In this document: in pieces, positions 26,770-40,862 of the stretch | Layout of the letters: each line of letters starts with the position of its first letter | Position numbering within the stretch: position 1 is the stretch's first letter | Assembly: GCF_006345805.1 (NCBI RefSeq) | Contig: NC_043004.1 | Location: 8,432,001 to 8,496,000 of the forward strand | Direction: 5' to 3' | DNA length: 64,000 nt | Origin: Octopus sinensis | Taxonomy: Eukaryota | Made by a program: the position numbers and the translations under genes | The notes under the pieces: generated by a model | Database searches by the model: none | The model's input: only the letters and a program-made list of their open reading frames with translations | What the model was told of the DNA's origin: nothing

Positions 26770-27719
26770 GGTGGTGGTGGTGATAGTAAGTATGGGGACA
26801 TGCACCATAACAGCGCGTCGCTGATCCACCATTTGTTGGCGATTCCCTTCTCCAAGCAGATGACACCATTGCACCACTCGGGTGACAATCTCTGGGTCTG
26901 GTTGAGTTGTCGTTGCTGGTGAGGGTTTTACGAGGCTGGAGTTCAAATCATACCTCAACCCCTTTTAGTCGCCTTTTGCGATATGCAGAGGAAACGTTGA
27001 GTCTATTCCTTGACATGCCGCTTCCCACACAGTACGATGAAGTCACTTAACTCTTCAGCAACAGCTCAGCTCAATTCGTTCGCGTAGATACCAAATACCG
27101 GAATCCTTCATCGTTACAACGAACAACAGTATGCAAAATGACGAAATGTACGCTCATTTATATTGCAAAGATAAAACCTAATTACTTGTTTCTTAGGAAG
27201 TATAATTATGTGATAGCTGTTTCATCATATCCATCATACGGTTTGTGCTATTTCGACAACAGAGATTGTGGATCGTCATACTAGATCACATACAGCCACA
27301 TTTAGCTTTATGGTTACAAGTGTTTCGTTCGTAGAATAGTCGAAGTGGAGGAGCAAGAAAGAGTTTTCGAAAAATATTCCATTTTACTTGAAATTTTAAT
27401 CTCGAAGTCCCAACCCTCGCCGGAATTTGTCTTAAAGTTTCCTATTCATTGCAGGAAGCTACATAATCAGTTCACCTGTGTAATTAATTCTTGCAGAAGA
27501 ATAAACTTCGTAAGTTCAATACTTTTAATTAAAATCTTGTAAATAAAATGTATTATTCTACAATTGCCTAAGATTTTAACGAACAATGAAGACTGAAGAA
27601 TATATTTGGTTTGTCTTGCATAAGAATTAAAGAAAGGGAAAAATATGGCATTTTGGTACGAAATGTGTTCCTTTGAGGAATTTAGATTCGCATCCCACGT
27701 CTCTTGACAGTGTAGTTAG

Positions 27720-28066
27720 ATATATGCATACATACATACATGCATGCATACATACATACATACATACATACATACATACATGCGTGCATGCATACATACA
27801 TACATATATGCATGCATGCATACAAATATGCATGCATACAAATATGCATGCATACATACATACATGCATACATGCATACATGTATGCATACATGCATGCA
27901 TACATGCATACATACATATATACATGCATGCATGCATACATATATACATGCATACATACATACATGCATACATGCATACATGTATGCATACATGCATGCA
28001 TACATGCATACATACATACATACATACATACTACATACATACATACATACATACATACATACATAC
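27720..28066. repeat. (CATA/CATG)n compound microsatellite with an internal 100-bp-period duplication
   Basis: 27847-27918 is repeated at 27947-28018. Confidence 0.9.
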
Positions 28067-28067
28067 G

Positions 28068-28450
28068 GTATATACAGCGGATGTTAACATAAAGATAAAG
28101 ATCAGCGAAAAAGAAAATATTTGCGCTAAACTATCCAGATTAGAAGTTCAGATTTATACCTGCAATTATCACGACACTCACATATGTAACACACTGCTTA
28201 AATTAGGTTTCTAGAAACTAGAAAGGAGAAAGCTGATTCGAAGTCAGCAGATCCAATCCATCACTGGAACTGTAAAAATCTGTTAAACTTTCCAGAAGTT
28301 TAAATATCATTTAAATATTTACAAGCATGTCTAGACATGCATCTATATGCATGAGAATACATGCCTAAAACAAAACATAGAAATCTGCACAAATACATTC
28401 ATACAAATACACCATGTTGATGTTACTGAAATTCCAATGAAGGTTACAAT
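28068..28450 (+). mobile_element. RLE-type LINE 3' end (5'-truncated, degenerate), same family as 58950-59620
   Basis: ADVNIKIKISEKEN..; CTATCCAGATTA..TTCAGATTTATACCTG; GGAACTGTAAAAATCTGT; GAAATTCCAATGAAGG, all shared with the second copy. Confidence 0.7.
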
Positions 28451-29921
28451 GAAGGATCTAGGTTTTATATAGCAATATAGCATAGATAACTTAGATATGT
28501 TTCGGCCAAAGATTGGCCCCAGGCCTTGTCTAACACTATCAGATAGGACCTATTAAGGCATTTTAAAGTCAAGTTTCATGGTATCATGGTCCATTCAAGG
28601 AGGGGGTTGTTGCTGACTGAGACGTATTCAAGTATTGGTGGCTTATCTGGTATCCTTTTGATGGAAGTTGTCCAGGTTTCGTTTGAAAGTCATGGGATTT
28701 TCTTTTTATTTGATTTGTTTTGAGATAATGTTTGATTGTTTGTATGTATGTATGCAAGAGTTATCGAGTAAATGGGATATCGGGTAAACGTGCGAGATCA
28801 AAGCATCGGGAATTCCTATCCTCGTACCGACTCATCAACGTTATGTCTGTGATCAGCACACTTAATTGTGGCCCAGTTCAACTCGCTGTATGTATTCCAT
28901 CGAAGAAATAACATTGCTACGCATAGGTGGGTGGTGGTGGCGGTGGGAAAACTATTGCAAAACAACAAGGGGTAAGATCAAATCTCCTTTTGGGTGTCAG
29001 CAGGAGAAAAGTATTATTCTATAGAATAAATCTGAAGTAATTATAAAACTGAGTAGGGGCCTATTTTCAGTATTTCTAATGGCATGAAATTAAAACAATT
29101 AATAAGATTATTTTGCAATTAGTCATCTGTAGTAGTGATTTAATTTATTTATAAATTCGAGGAGCGAGTGACGTTAAGTAGAATATATTTAATAAAGGAA
29201 CATGTGCTATTAATTCGTTGATAGAAATAAATGTTGTGTAAAAGCGAAAAAAAAATGTTGATAATAAAGGGAGACAGTTAAAAAAAAACGAAAGATTTAG
29301 AGAGAGATAAATAAGAACTAAGAGAAAAAGAGAAAGAATTTGACGAGCCGTTTGATTAATTAGTTAATGGTACTTATAACGAAGTAACACGCACTCCCAG
29401 ACATATGGTGAGCTGGAATGAATACTTAATACATATGTTGTGTGTATATGTTGGGTATGTAAATATTAGGTGTGAACATGACATCTGTAATGAGAATAAA
29501 CAGGGAAAGACGTGACATCATGAAAATCAATGGTGTAGTTGGTGATTTAGACGTGTCAAGGGAAATCCCACATCGTTAATATTTCATTAAAACTCAGTTA
29601 GATCATTGTAAATTATTGTTTCATTGATTTTCTTTAATTTTAGGGTTCAATATTTTGTACATGTGAGGGTGGGGATGGTTTGAATAATTTAACATTACTG
29701 TGGAGGTTAAGAAGTTCGCTTCGCAATCACGTGGTTCCAATTTTGTTCCTTTGTGCGGCACAAGGGAAAGTGTCTTCTACTATAACCGCGGACTCATTAA
29801 TACCTTCTAAGGGGAAGAATTTGGCAGTCCGAAACTTAATGGAAGCCCGTCGTGTATTTATACATGCAGACGTATATTCACGCATTCACTCACTGATTGA
29901 CACCAAGCTAGATAGAGAGCG

Positions 29922-30010
<89 letters not shown>
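29922..30010. repeat. (GATA)n microsatellite
   Basis: Seen directly. Confidence 0.95.
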
Positions 30011-31619
30011 TGAGTTGTGTCATTTCCTCCTGGTGTAGTCGTAGAAGTACTGTCGTGACAAACAGCGCATCTGAAACGAAGTATCCAGGTTTGAACACAA
30101 CCGATTTCTTACCGAGAAAATGCATGAAGAACGAAAAAAAAAAATGAAAAAGCATAGAATTAATTTCAGTATTGGTTTGGTACTTTGTTTAAATTCGTCC
30201 CGTTGTTATTAGTTGTTGGAACTTGTTATCGTAAATGATTGTTCAATTGATATCGGATGAATCGTTCCTGATCGATAATCGAAACCGTGTTACGGAGATT
30301 CCGCGGCACAACTACAACAGTAAAAAAGTGAAAAGAAGACAGGCAGAAACGGAAATTTTAGCAGGAATCCACGTGCCCGTCGACAACAAATGACACTTAA
30401 AAAAAAAACAAAAAAACAAGCAAACTCTAAAGTTGTTGAGTCAACAACAACAAACAATGGCTACAATATCAACAAAGGAGAGGAAGGCAGAAACAACAAC
30501 AGCAACAATAACAGCAACAATCACAACAGCAATCAGCAAATTGACGTAGGAGTAGGTTCTGTTTTTTATAAATTTATTTACAAAACTAAAGCAAGAATCT
30601 GCAGAAAAAGTTAGCCTACGTGCCTAACCTTTCGATGAAAGGAAATGAACGGCGAACTGCAATATAAAACCGAAATGGTGGCGTGGAATCAACTTTACAA
30701 CGATCGTCACGACCGACTCTCTTTTCCTTTTTTCTCGTTTCCTTTCTCTCTTTGTGTTTCTCTCCCTCTTCTTCTGTTTTTCTCTCTCCTTCTGTTTCTC
30801 TCTGTATTCTTTTAATTTGTGAGGGGATCCAGTGCATCAAATCTCCAATAAGTAAATAGAAATGAATAAATACATAAAACCGAAGTCATGTTTTGTGTGT
30901 GTGTGTGACCTTTAGAAGAAAAGTGGGTGAGATTGTTGCCGACAGTCACGTAACAACTTGTGCGCCTGTTGTGGATATTGCTTTTTTGTTCACCTACAAT
31001 TCCGATTGAGTCAGCAATTTCGATTGTCCATCGATGTCATCTTTTCATTTTTGTCATTTTTATTTGTGCTACATTGAGCGAAGACGCGACCTGGTAGTTA
31101 CAGTGCTGCACTCACGAATCACAAGATCGTGATTTCGATTCCCACACCGCTCGGTGGGCTGTATTCTTCAGCAAAACGCTTTTTTTCACCTTGCTTCGTC
31201 TCCTCCTGCGATGGACTGGCGATCGTGTTTACTTGTATACCATGGAAACCAGGTTACTGGCCCTATGACTCTTCGGACTCGAGAAAGAGATGATGATAAT
31301 GATGATGATGATGATGATGACTGTGACTTCACCGAAGACGGTCACTGAATTGGTTTCTATATTTTTGGCATTGATTTATCTTCCTTTGCATACCTTCCTT
31401 AAACTCTAGTCTAATTTCGTAGATTGAAATCAAAATGTCTTTCATGAAATATCAGGTAGAAGATATTGTTAGCGAGAGGTGTCAAACTTTACGACCGACC
31501 ACCATGAGTTCTACAGGGAAGTGGAATTGACGTTTTTGACATCGAAAAAGCATTTCTTTCTGGACACATTAAAAGAAAAAAAACAAAAAACAAAAGCATT
31601 CGTTGTCCATTTTGATTTC

Positions 31620-32230
31620 ATGCAACAAAAGGAAAAAACCGACTGCGACAAATGTAGAATGTGTGGTGAGAGGGGTGAAACGGTATGGCACAGTGAAAGC
31701 CCGAAATTGGTACAATGCGACATGAGAATGTTGCAAGAATGATCCATTGACACCGGTGTGGATGATATGACCAAGTCCCTGAGGGAATTACTGAGACGGA
31801 CGATTGGAAAATCCTGTGAGATGCAATGGTTCAGCGTAAGCATCAGATCAAACATCGGAAACCTGACGTTGTTGTGGTGAGCAGAAAAGAAGAAAACATG
31901 TTCGATAATCGACAGAGCATGTCGAAGAAAAAGAAGAAAAAGTGAACTATGATGAACTGAAGCGGGAAATACGTAGGTTGTGGGCGATGAAGAGAGAGGA
32001 CGTGATAGCAATAGTGATTGGCACGCTTGGAAGTGTCAGCACTCAACTACCAACATGGCTCAAAAAGATTAGTACAAATGTAAATATAGAACACCTACAA
32101 AAACCACCATTGATTGGAACTGCTAAAGTTCTCCATTGTGTTCTTGGAGCATAAACAGTAAACAAATATCACCTTAGTCTGCGGGTTGTTGTCAGCTGAC
32201 ACTTTCCATCATACCTAGCAAAATAAAAGA
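31620..32230 (+). mobile_element. Degenerate R4/Dong-like LINE 3' part (zinc knuckle plus RLE)
   Basis: DKCRMCGERGETVWH; HRKPDVVVV; NYDELKREIRRLWAMK..VIGTLGSV..EHLQKPPLIGTAKVLHCVLGA*; short ATAATAAT tail. Confidence 0.8.
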
Positions 32231-32235
32231 TAATA

Positions 32236-32432
32236 ATCCTTTCTACTATAGGCACAAGGCCTGAAAATTTGGGGGAGAGGACTGGTCGATTACGTCGACC
32301 CCAGTACTCCGAAAGGATGAAAGGCAAAGTCGATCTCGGCGGAATTTGAACTCAGAACATCTTTTAGACAGACGGACTATATGCTGCTAAGCATTTTGCC
32401 CGGCGCGCTAACGATTCTGCCAGCTCACCGCG
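32236..32432 (-). mobile_element. SINE family A variant
   Basis: GAAAGGATGAAAGGCAAAGTCGA..GGAATTTGAACTCAGAAC..CTGCCAGCTCACCGC. Confidence 0.8.
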
Positions 32433-33939
32433 TTCATTAGAAAAATAATAATAATGGTTTATTTGGATAAAATGTCCAAGAATTTTGAAAGGAAAGAATT
32501 TGCCGAGCTCGTCGAACGCACATTTTCACTGGAATTTTAAATATATCGATCTCGAATGGTTGAAAGGTACACATCATTCTCTCCCCACCCCACTCCACGA
32601 ACCAATCAGATTCTAAATTTGACAAATTCATTAGACTCCTCCATTCCGTATAAATTTATCTTCATTTTTCGTAGCTCCAAATTCTGACGATTTCTGGCGA
32701 TGAGAGACTTCTGCTCACAGTGAGATCCAAGCATTAGGTTACCTGAAATAAGATGTATGTACCCTACAATTCTGTATTCCTTAGAGGTAATGGTCCCTAG
32801 AAGATTTTACATATACATATATGTGTATATGGCCTCTCTGTAATGAATAACAAAAATAAGGGTGGAGTTAGATGTGACCTCCCTACGCTATTGGTATTTA
32901 TCATATCGACGCCAGAACTGTGATATGCTGAGTAGCACACCCAGCATCCTGCCCACATACTTACGTACCCACATACTTACGTACACACATACACACGTTA
33001 TTACAAAAATACGTACATACATACATATACACATCCATCCACCTACCCATACATCCATCCTTCCATCTACCCATCCATACATACATATATAATGCATGCG
33101 TGCATACTACATACACTCATATATATGTATGTTAAGTTTGTATGTGTGTGCATGTGTGTATGCATATGCACATATATGTTTATAGCATTTCGCATGGTTT
33201 GTGTATGTGTGAGTGTGTGTGTGTGTGTGCGTTTGTGTATAGTTATACCGTTTATATATTTCTGCTCTCTACGTGATTTTCTGCGATTACATATGGAGCA
33301 CTTCGGGGTGTTACACTAGAAAGAGTGCATCCAACCACGTGATTTGCGTTTGTCTGCATGTGTACATACACACATAGATACACATACACACACGTACATA
33401 CATACATACATACATACATACATACATACATACATACATACATGCATGTATGCAAGCATATACATACATACATACATACATACATACATACATACATACA
33501 TACATACATACATACATACATAAATGATCACAGATAAAAAGAGAGATAAAAAGAAAGAGAATACTGTGTGTAAGAAAGAGAAAGAGAGAGAGAGAGAGAT
33601 TTAGAAATATGATTATTTCCTCATTCTGAGAGAAAGACAGAGTTGTGTTGGGTTTAGGCATTACACGCCTATTGGAATCCAACGACATCATATGAAGACG
33701 TAGAACTGCAGCCGTCCACCCACTTCCACCCTTAATAAACACATGTTCAGAAAACATACACATTACTTGTGCTGTAAATACATACGTGTATGTGTGCGCG
33801 TGTGTGTGTGTGTGTGAAAACATACTTTTTACACATTTACAGTTGTTGGTTTGATACATCTGCATAATTAAACGAATATATTTTACCCCATGTCACTCTC
33901 TCTCTCTCCCTCGTTCTCTCTCTCAGTCTGTCACTCCTT

Positions 33940-33991
<52 letters not shown>

Positions 33992-34094
33992 ATGTGTTTG
34001 TGTGTGTGTGCATGCGTGCATACATATGTGTGTATGTATGCATGTATGATGTTGAAATGAATTTGCTGTTGTTATTCAAAATGGGGAAGAAACA

Positions 34095-34730
34095 AATGCT
34101 TCTTTGGTCTTAATTGATATAATTAATCAAGAAAAATATTCTCCTCATTATTGATTCCATGGTCCAATTTATTTGGTAAATTGTTGATTCCTGGAGCATA
34201 AAAGTCTTCAGGTTTCGAAGGAATGAAACACTCAATATAATTTTCAATCTCTTCGCAATTCACCGTTTCCTTTCTGCCAAATGTTGCAGGGATCTGTAAA
34301 AGGACCCAGAGGCCAAGTTCAGACATTTTTTCCTAGTTCATGAAGGGTTTTTTTATAATCAAAATGGGGCTTCAACTGCTTTGCTAATCATCGGTCAGTT
34401 TAAATTAAATTTTCTTAAACTTCGGTTTTCAGAAGGTCATTATTTGCGGAACCTAGTCGTCCAGATCGGTGGACGGCGGTGAGAGAAAAAATTCCCGAGC
34501 GAAATTCGCCAAAATATCGTTGGCATTTGTGGACATTTAAAGTTTCATTTCTATATATTTCATAGAACGGGTGTGAGAGAAAAAATTCCCGAGCGAAATT
34601 GGCCAAAATATCGTTGGCATTTGCGGACATTTAAAGTTTCATTTCTATATATTTCATAGAACGGGTATTTCTTGTCGCCTCCTTTGGTGAAGAGCTCATG
34701 TTGAATTCATACAGTCTGCTGTTTGATGTG
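34095..34730 (-). mobile_element. Internally deleted mariner relic with 94-bp tandem duplication
   Basis: YEFNMSSSPKEATRN; EIYRNETLNVHKCQRYFGEFRSGIFSL..HRSGR; C-terminal FIPSKPEDFYAPGINNLPNK. Duplicated units are 34479-34572 and 34573-34666. Confidence 0.8.
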
Positions 34731-35007
34731 TGTCTAATCTAAAATCAGTTTAAAAACGAAACGAATTTAGTCGCTATAGTATAAAATAATCTTGCCAAGA
34801 CAGAAATCATAATGTAAAAACGAAAGCTGAATATACCTTAGCCATTAAAAAGATGTCTTCAAAATTGATCATGTCAAAAATGTAACCGAGCTTTCTTTCC
34901 AACTTAATATGTATATAAAAGTATACGAGTGTGTGTGTGTGTGTTAGTGTGTGTGTATGTGTGCGTGTGTGTGTGTGTATGTATGTGTGTGTGTGTGTGT
35001 ATGTGTG

Positions 35008-35041
<34 letters not shown>

Positions 35042-35749
35042 AGTATTTAGTGTGGAGTGTCGGAAGAAAGAGTATTCGTTACCATTCCTAGAGGCTCATA
35101 CGCAAAAGCACACACTCATGCATCTGTGCATATAACACACACTGAAACATCTCGTGATCAGATTGACTATCTTTCTGAAACAAGTGTATTTATGACTCCG
35201 TATGTACACAATTCATGTTGTATACATTCTAGGTTGAATACTAAACTAGCGAGTGCATCCGAGGCGGCGATGTTGCGTTCATTCCAGCGTGTAATTTGCT
35301 GCACCAGCGTTTCATGCGCGCATGGTGTCAACTGTCGAATTGTCTAGAGCCAGGCAAGAGTCGTAAAACCGGTATGTGGGAAATCTGTTAATGTGTCTTC
35401 CTCTCAGTGGGTTGGTTGTTGTTTTTCGGTCCTGAATTCAGTTTTAGAGTGGTGCGGTTACACACACACACACATTCCTTAAAACATTTTCAGTCGGCTC
35501 CCTACAACATAAAGTTTCGCGAGTCTCTAACAGAAGTCTGTCTCTTTTAGGTTTTATATTACCGGTAAGGATTTAGTAATGGCCATCGTCACTCACATGA
35601 TCAAGGTTCTTCAGAGGTCAATGAAAGTGACATAAAGTGGGTTACTTTACCCAATGCATTTTCTTGTAATTGACGAAGGGAGAAGAACGTTTTAATTGTA
35701 GAACATTCTGGTTAGGAACATCATTGAAAGTTGGGGTAAATAGCTTCAG

Positions 35750-36650
35750 CGGTTTAATGCAGTCTGTTTAGAAACTCGCGAGCGAAGACAATCCCAACGA
35801 TGCTTAACCACGTGATTCTTCTCCCCTGTGGATGTTAGAACCGCTTCTGTCCTCTTCGTTTCTTTTATAAGACGGTAATATTGCATTCTCTCACTTCCTG
35901 AGGTACAGTTCCTTTTTTCTCTGCAGTAGCATAGTCGCTTATCATGCCAGTATGCTGCACGCTTGATGGTCTCTCGTGAAATGCCATCCAATGCCACTGG
36001 AAAAACAGCCGTTTTATTTCAACAGTCAGCATTGCATCTCATTCTTCTTCCATCTGTGGCTGGCATTCTACATCAAACGCTCTGTCCAAATTTATTTCTG
36101 TGGAGACGGATTCAGAGCGGTGCTCTATCCATCTCTATGGCTCTGCCTTGTTGTGCTTGGGTGGATGGCCTTCTGTATTCTGCCATGCACGCCACAGATG
36201 TCTTTTGTATCAAAGGATAATTGAACACCTCTCCAAATTTATTGTCATTTGTACAACGTCTGCGCCTCGCTTCTTTCTTGTTTTTAGTGTTTGTAATCTT
36301 ACCTAAGTTGAGTAGGGTTTATGTTCAGGTAGTGGAACACGTTTTACCCTGATAACAACAGAGAATTTGCTTGAACTTGCTTCAACACAGTACTGCATCC
36401 TACCCCGACTCTTACGAAAGGCCTTCAGTGTAATTCTTTGGATAATGTCTATGAGAGCATCCCGTTTCATCTATGCATATTTGTCTGGTAAGTGTGTCAA
36501 GAGTGTGTCTGATGAACTCCGCTGCTTTATCTTGGCATTGTGTCACCCTCGCATCGATGCGCTGCTTGCCATATGGTTTTCTATAGAGTGTCTTGGCTGG
36601 GGTGTCATCCTGCAGCAAGCCACGAAGTGATCGTGTCTCAGTCGGCACCA
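35750..36650 (-). mobile_element. Heavily degenerate RTE (BovB-like) LINE middle section
   Basis: QLSFDTKDICGVHGRIQKAIHPST; MERWIEH..; ALDGISRETIK; YKRNEEDRSGSNIHRG; ITWLSIVGIVFAREFLNRL. Confidence 0.7.
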
Positions 36651-36961
36651 TGAAAAGATTAAGTTATTAGTACATTTCTTAAGTAGTACCTTCTCTTGAG
36701 TATCAAATTTAGTTGGTGCCAGTGTGAAGAAATTTATTGAGTTGAAGCGATGAAATCAGCTCGGTGCCTAACGGGGCTGCATCGTGTTAAATAATGAATT
36801 TCTCACAACAAAACCAGCATCCTGCTTTCTAGTCTATCCCAGAAGAGACTAGAAAGCAGTAGAAGATATCGTTTCTAACACACAGACAAACCTCCCGATT
36901 CTACATGGCGTGACTCTTTAGTTCTCCAAGGCCCTTTCGAAGGTTTAACCGTTCGTATTCA

Positions 36962-37194
36962 GGCGGCGAGCTAGCAGAAACGTTAGCACACCTGGCGAAA
37001 TACTTAGCGGTATTTCGTCTGCCGTTACGTTCTGGGCTCAAGTTCGGTCAAGGTCGACTTTGCCTTTCATCCTTTCGGCGTCGATTAAATAAGTACCAGT
37101 TACGCACTGGGATCAATGTAATCGACTTAATCCCTTTGTTTGTCCTTGTTTGTCCCGTCTATGTTTAGCTCCCTCTGGGCAATAAAAAAAAAAT
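36962..37194 (+). mobile_element. Full-length SINE family A with TSD
   Basis: TSD CGTTCGTA(t/g)TCA at 36950-36961 and 37195-37206; A-rich tail. Confidence 0.9.
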
Positions 37195-37459
37195 CGTTCG
37201 TAGTCAATGAGACTTTCACGCTTCACTGATCTTCTTAGGTGCTGGATATTTGACACTAAATTCAATGCTCTGCGCGCGCACACACATCCACATGTATGTG
37301 TATGAAAGAATGTATGTATGTTTGTGTGTATGTATGTATCTCTTTATGTATACATACATACATACATATATATATACATATACATATATATATATATAAA
37401 CATATATATATATATACATACTTATATATACATATATATATACATACATATATATAATA

Positions 37460-37493
<34 letters not shown>

Positions 37494-37504
37494 CACACAC
37501 ACAC

Positions 37505-37573
<69 letters not shown>

Positions 37574-39687
37574 ATAGACATATGTATATAGATAGATATA
37601 TAGAGATGGATCGATATATATATATGTATAAATATATATACGTACAACAATATGTACAAACACATGTACAATAATGTATATATATATATATATATATACG
37701 AGTATATATTGTACATATATGTGTTTGTGTGTGTGTGTGTGTGTGTGGTTGTGTGTGTGTGTGCCTGTGTGTGTGTGTGTGTGTGGTGTGTGTGTGTGTG
37801 AGGGAGTGCATTGATTGCCACCATCTGTCATACAGTTTCTATAAAAAAAACAAATCACATAAAATGTAATAAAACAAAACCATTGGAACTCGTTGATGTC
37901 ATATGTTGTAAAATATGTTAAAATCGCTTCATCTGAACAAATATTTCTGCTCAGGTTTTGCGCGGGTCTGAAAATAGCCAAAGCATGGTTTCTGGGAAGA
38001 CGTGTAAGAAATAGATAGCCTTAACATTCCCAGAAATATAATATATATCTAAAGTTAAGACGAAATCTGTTAAGTCCTGTAAATCGCGTTTATTAGATAG
38101 TTGTAGCGGGCGTTTAGTGTCACGTGGCTCTGTCTTTCCAGACTATAAAATATTTATAGGGCGATTCCTCAGCAACAGGTTTTGAGAGAATGGAAGAGTC
38201 TATGTGTATAAGGATAGGACATTGTATTTTCACATAATAAGAATATATCCAATACTGTAGGACGGCGAACTATATTTTGTAGGGTCTTTATGAGCATAAA
38301 AGCCTTAATGACATTCGTAAACCTCGAAACGGTTCTGGAGCTGTGTCTCATAGCGTATGTGGCAGGAAAGGCTGAAAGTGAAAAGCAGAAAACCTACTTG
38401 TTACACATGTGACAGTACAAGTAATGTTCCCCAAAAGAGCTGCAGAAATGAATAGAAGGCTGAAAATAGCAACACTAATAGTAACACATAGAGGCTTAGG
38501 TTTGCAAGTTACAGCAAGTTACAACACCGAAAACATCAGAAGAGAGCGCCATGACCTCACTTTCAAGGGCTGACTAAGTAAATGAGGGCAACAAGTCTCC
38601 GGGCAACAATCAGCTGCATCACCCCCATCATCTTGCGGCGATGGTAACGAAGAGATAGAAAATAAGTATTGGTAACGAACTGCTGGAAACGTCGAGGGAG
38701 ACACGAAATGGAAAAGTATCATCTCCCTTCATAAAAATATCTCAACAGAAGACGAGAAACAGGTGTGAAGAGAAACCTAAATCTTTTCTGTACTGTATGC
38801 TGTTCGGTTATTCGAACTTTGCATTTTTTTCGAAATTGCTTTGTCAGGTTTTTTTACTTCCTTCTGGGCGAGACTCCGATCAGAATAGCTCAAGACGTCT
38901 GAGTCCAGAGATGTTTGTCCCAGTCAATGTTAATTATATCTGAACGGTCTCTACCTGACCTCTTTTTCAGCCTGGATGGGCATGTCCCATTTCGAATGAT
39001 TGTGGCTAGATTATGATTACGTACAACGTTTGGTGCATGTTTTCAACGCTTTCTATTCGTTTCACGCCCATGCGTTGCCTAGTTGAATCGTAACTAAAGC
39101 CTTAAGTACCTCAACAAAATTTTAGTATTGAACAATGTTATTCTATCTAAGAATCATGAAACTTTCTCCATTAAAGAAAATATTACATTTCAAGAGAAAA
39201 TTTATTTACACATTTCCTCTTGAGAATCAGGTTTAGATGTTGTTGACTGTTCAGTTGCCGTTATATGAAAGTGAAATCAGAGTAACAGCCTTGAATTAGT
39301 TATTGAACAGCAGCAATGACATTGATATAGAAATATCTTTTTCCACGATTTATCATTTTATTTGCATGCCTTTCAAATAAAGCTGATATCTAGTTTCGGA
39401 TGTTTTGATATCATTTGTACACATTCTGTGTGACATAGCGATTTGTCATGTGTTGCAAATATAATCATGCTATTGAAACTGTTGACACCTTTCACTCGGT
39501 TCTTTTCTTATTTGATTGCCTTTCTAATCAATATCTACAGAATTATTATCAACCACCAACACTATCATTTTAAACCATCATCACGATAAATACTGCCTCA
39601 GTCAAAACGAGCCTGTTCCCACCATCTCTACAAATACCATACTACCACTTCTGTGACTCCACTCAAAACTAAAAACATGCACATATA

Positions 39688-40060
39688 TTTGTGGCTAAGA
39701 AGATTGCTTTGCAACCACGTGGTTGCGGGTTCGATCCCACTGCGCAGTACGCTCCTCGCCGATAATGCATTTAGCGTAGCACCCCACTCATCGATTAATG
39801 CCTTGTTAGTGAACTTAGTTGACGGAAATTGCGAGGAAGCCCGTAATATATGTATATTTATATGTTTGTGTATGTGTCTGAGTTTGTTCCCAACACTGTT
39901 CGACAGCCAATGTTGGGTTGGTTATGTATCCGCATTTCAGAGGTTCGGCAAAAGATCCGAAAGAAACGAAACTTTTAAAAATAAGTATTGAAGTTGGTTT
40001 GTTCGACCCAAACCTTTCAAGGTGGTGCTTCACCAAGGCCACTATTCAATGACTGAAACA
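39688..40060 (+). mobile_element. SINE family D (degenerate)
   Basis: GTGGCTAAGAAG..GGTTGCGGGTTCGATCCCACTGCG head; GACGGAAATTG..GAAGCCCGT body. Confidence 0.65.
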
Positions 40061-40439
40061 AGAAAAAGATGAAAAATTAAATAAAAGATCTATGAAACAC
40101 TAACATCGCGACGGATGCTGTGGCATCGTTACATCCTCGATTACTATCATTACAACCACAAAACACACGACCAGCACCGCCTTCACCGCCACCATCACTG
40201 CTGCTATCAGGATCAACATTGCATTCATCCATAACGTTACAACCACCACCATCACCATCACCATCAACATCACTGTGGCCCCCTGCCACAACCACTACTA
40301 TCACCACTACCATCACTGTGACCCCCTTCCACAACCACCACCATTACTATAATCACGGTAGCTATCGCTATTACTACAACTACTCTTACTGTCACTCGGC
40401 TGGCAAAATGAGTTGTGTCTCAAGTTCAATGGTTTAAAA

Positions 40440-40862
40440 GTAAACCTTCTCGGGTCATGCCACGTCCATAAGGGCCGGCTCCCCGGTTTCCATATCGTAT
40501 AAATTTCCTACCTGGACGGACGCCGCTCCATTGCAGGATCACTCATTTTTGCCAGTTAAATGGACTGGAGCAATGTGAAATGAAGTGTTTTGCTCAAAAA
40601 CACAAAGCGTCACCTGGTTCAGGAATTGAAACCCTAATCTCACGAACATGAGTCCAACACCCTAACCACTATGCCACGCACCTCCACAGTCCAATGTTTT
40701 AGCATTTTTAAATTCGGTGTGTCACGCTGAATCGCTCAGAGAACTAGGTTAAGAACTACGCGTGTCTGTGGAGTACTCAGCCACTTGCACGTTAATTTTA
40801 CGAGCAGACTGTTCTGCTGATTGGCTCAACTGGGACTCCCATCGTCGTTACCGATGGAGCGC
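40440..40862. mobile_element. SINE family B (-, 40440-40687) followed by the 3' part of SINE family C (+, ~40715-40862)
   Basis: CCCTAACCACTATGCCACGCACCTCCAC head on the minus strand; GTGTCTGTGGAGTACTCAGCCACTTGCACGTTAATTT tail. Confidence 0.75.

Noticed and set aside
26780-26960. GC-richer stretch open in several frames
   Set aside because: No recognisable motif or convincing splice sites.
28495-28550. GGCC..GGCC-GAAAC on the minus strand as a hammerhead
   Set aside because: No CUGANGA-like core adjacent to stem II.
38561-38631. 71-nt AG..GT-bounded segment on the minus strand (DGGDAADCCPETCCPHLLSQPLK)
   Set aside because: Plausible splice signals, but no homology or partner exon; such segments are expected by chance in 64 kb.
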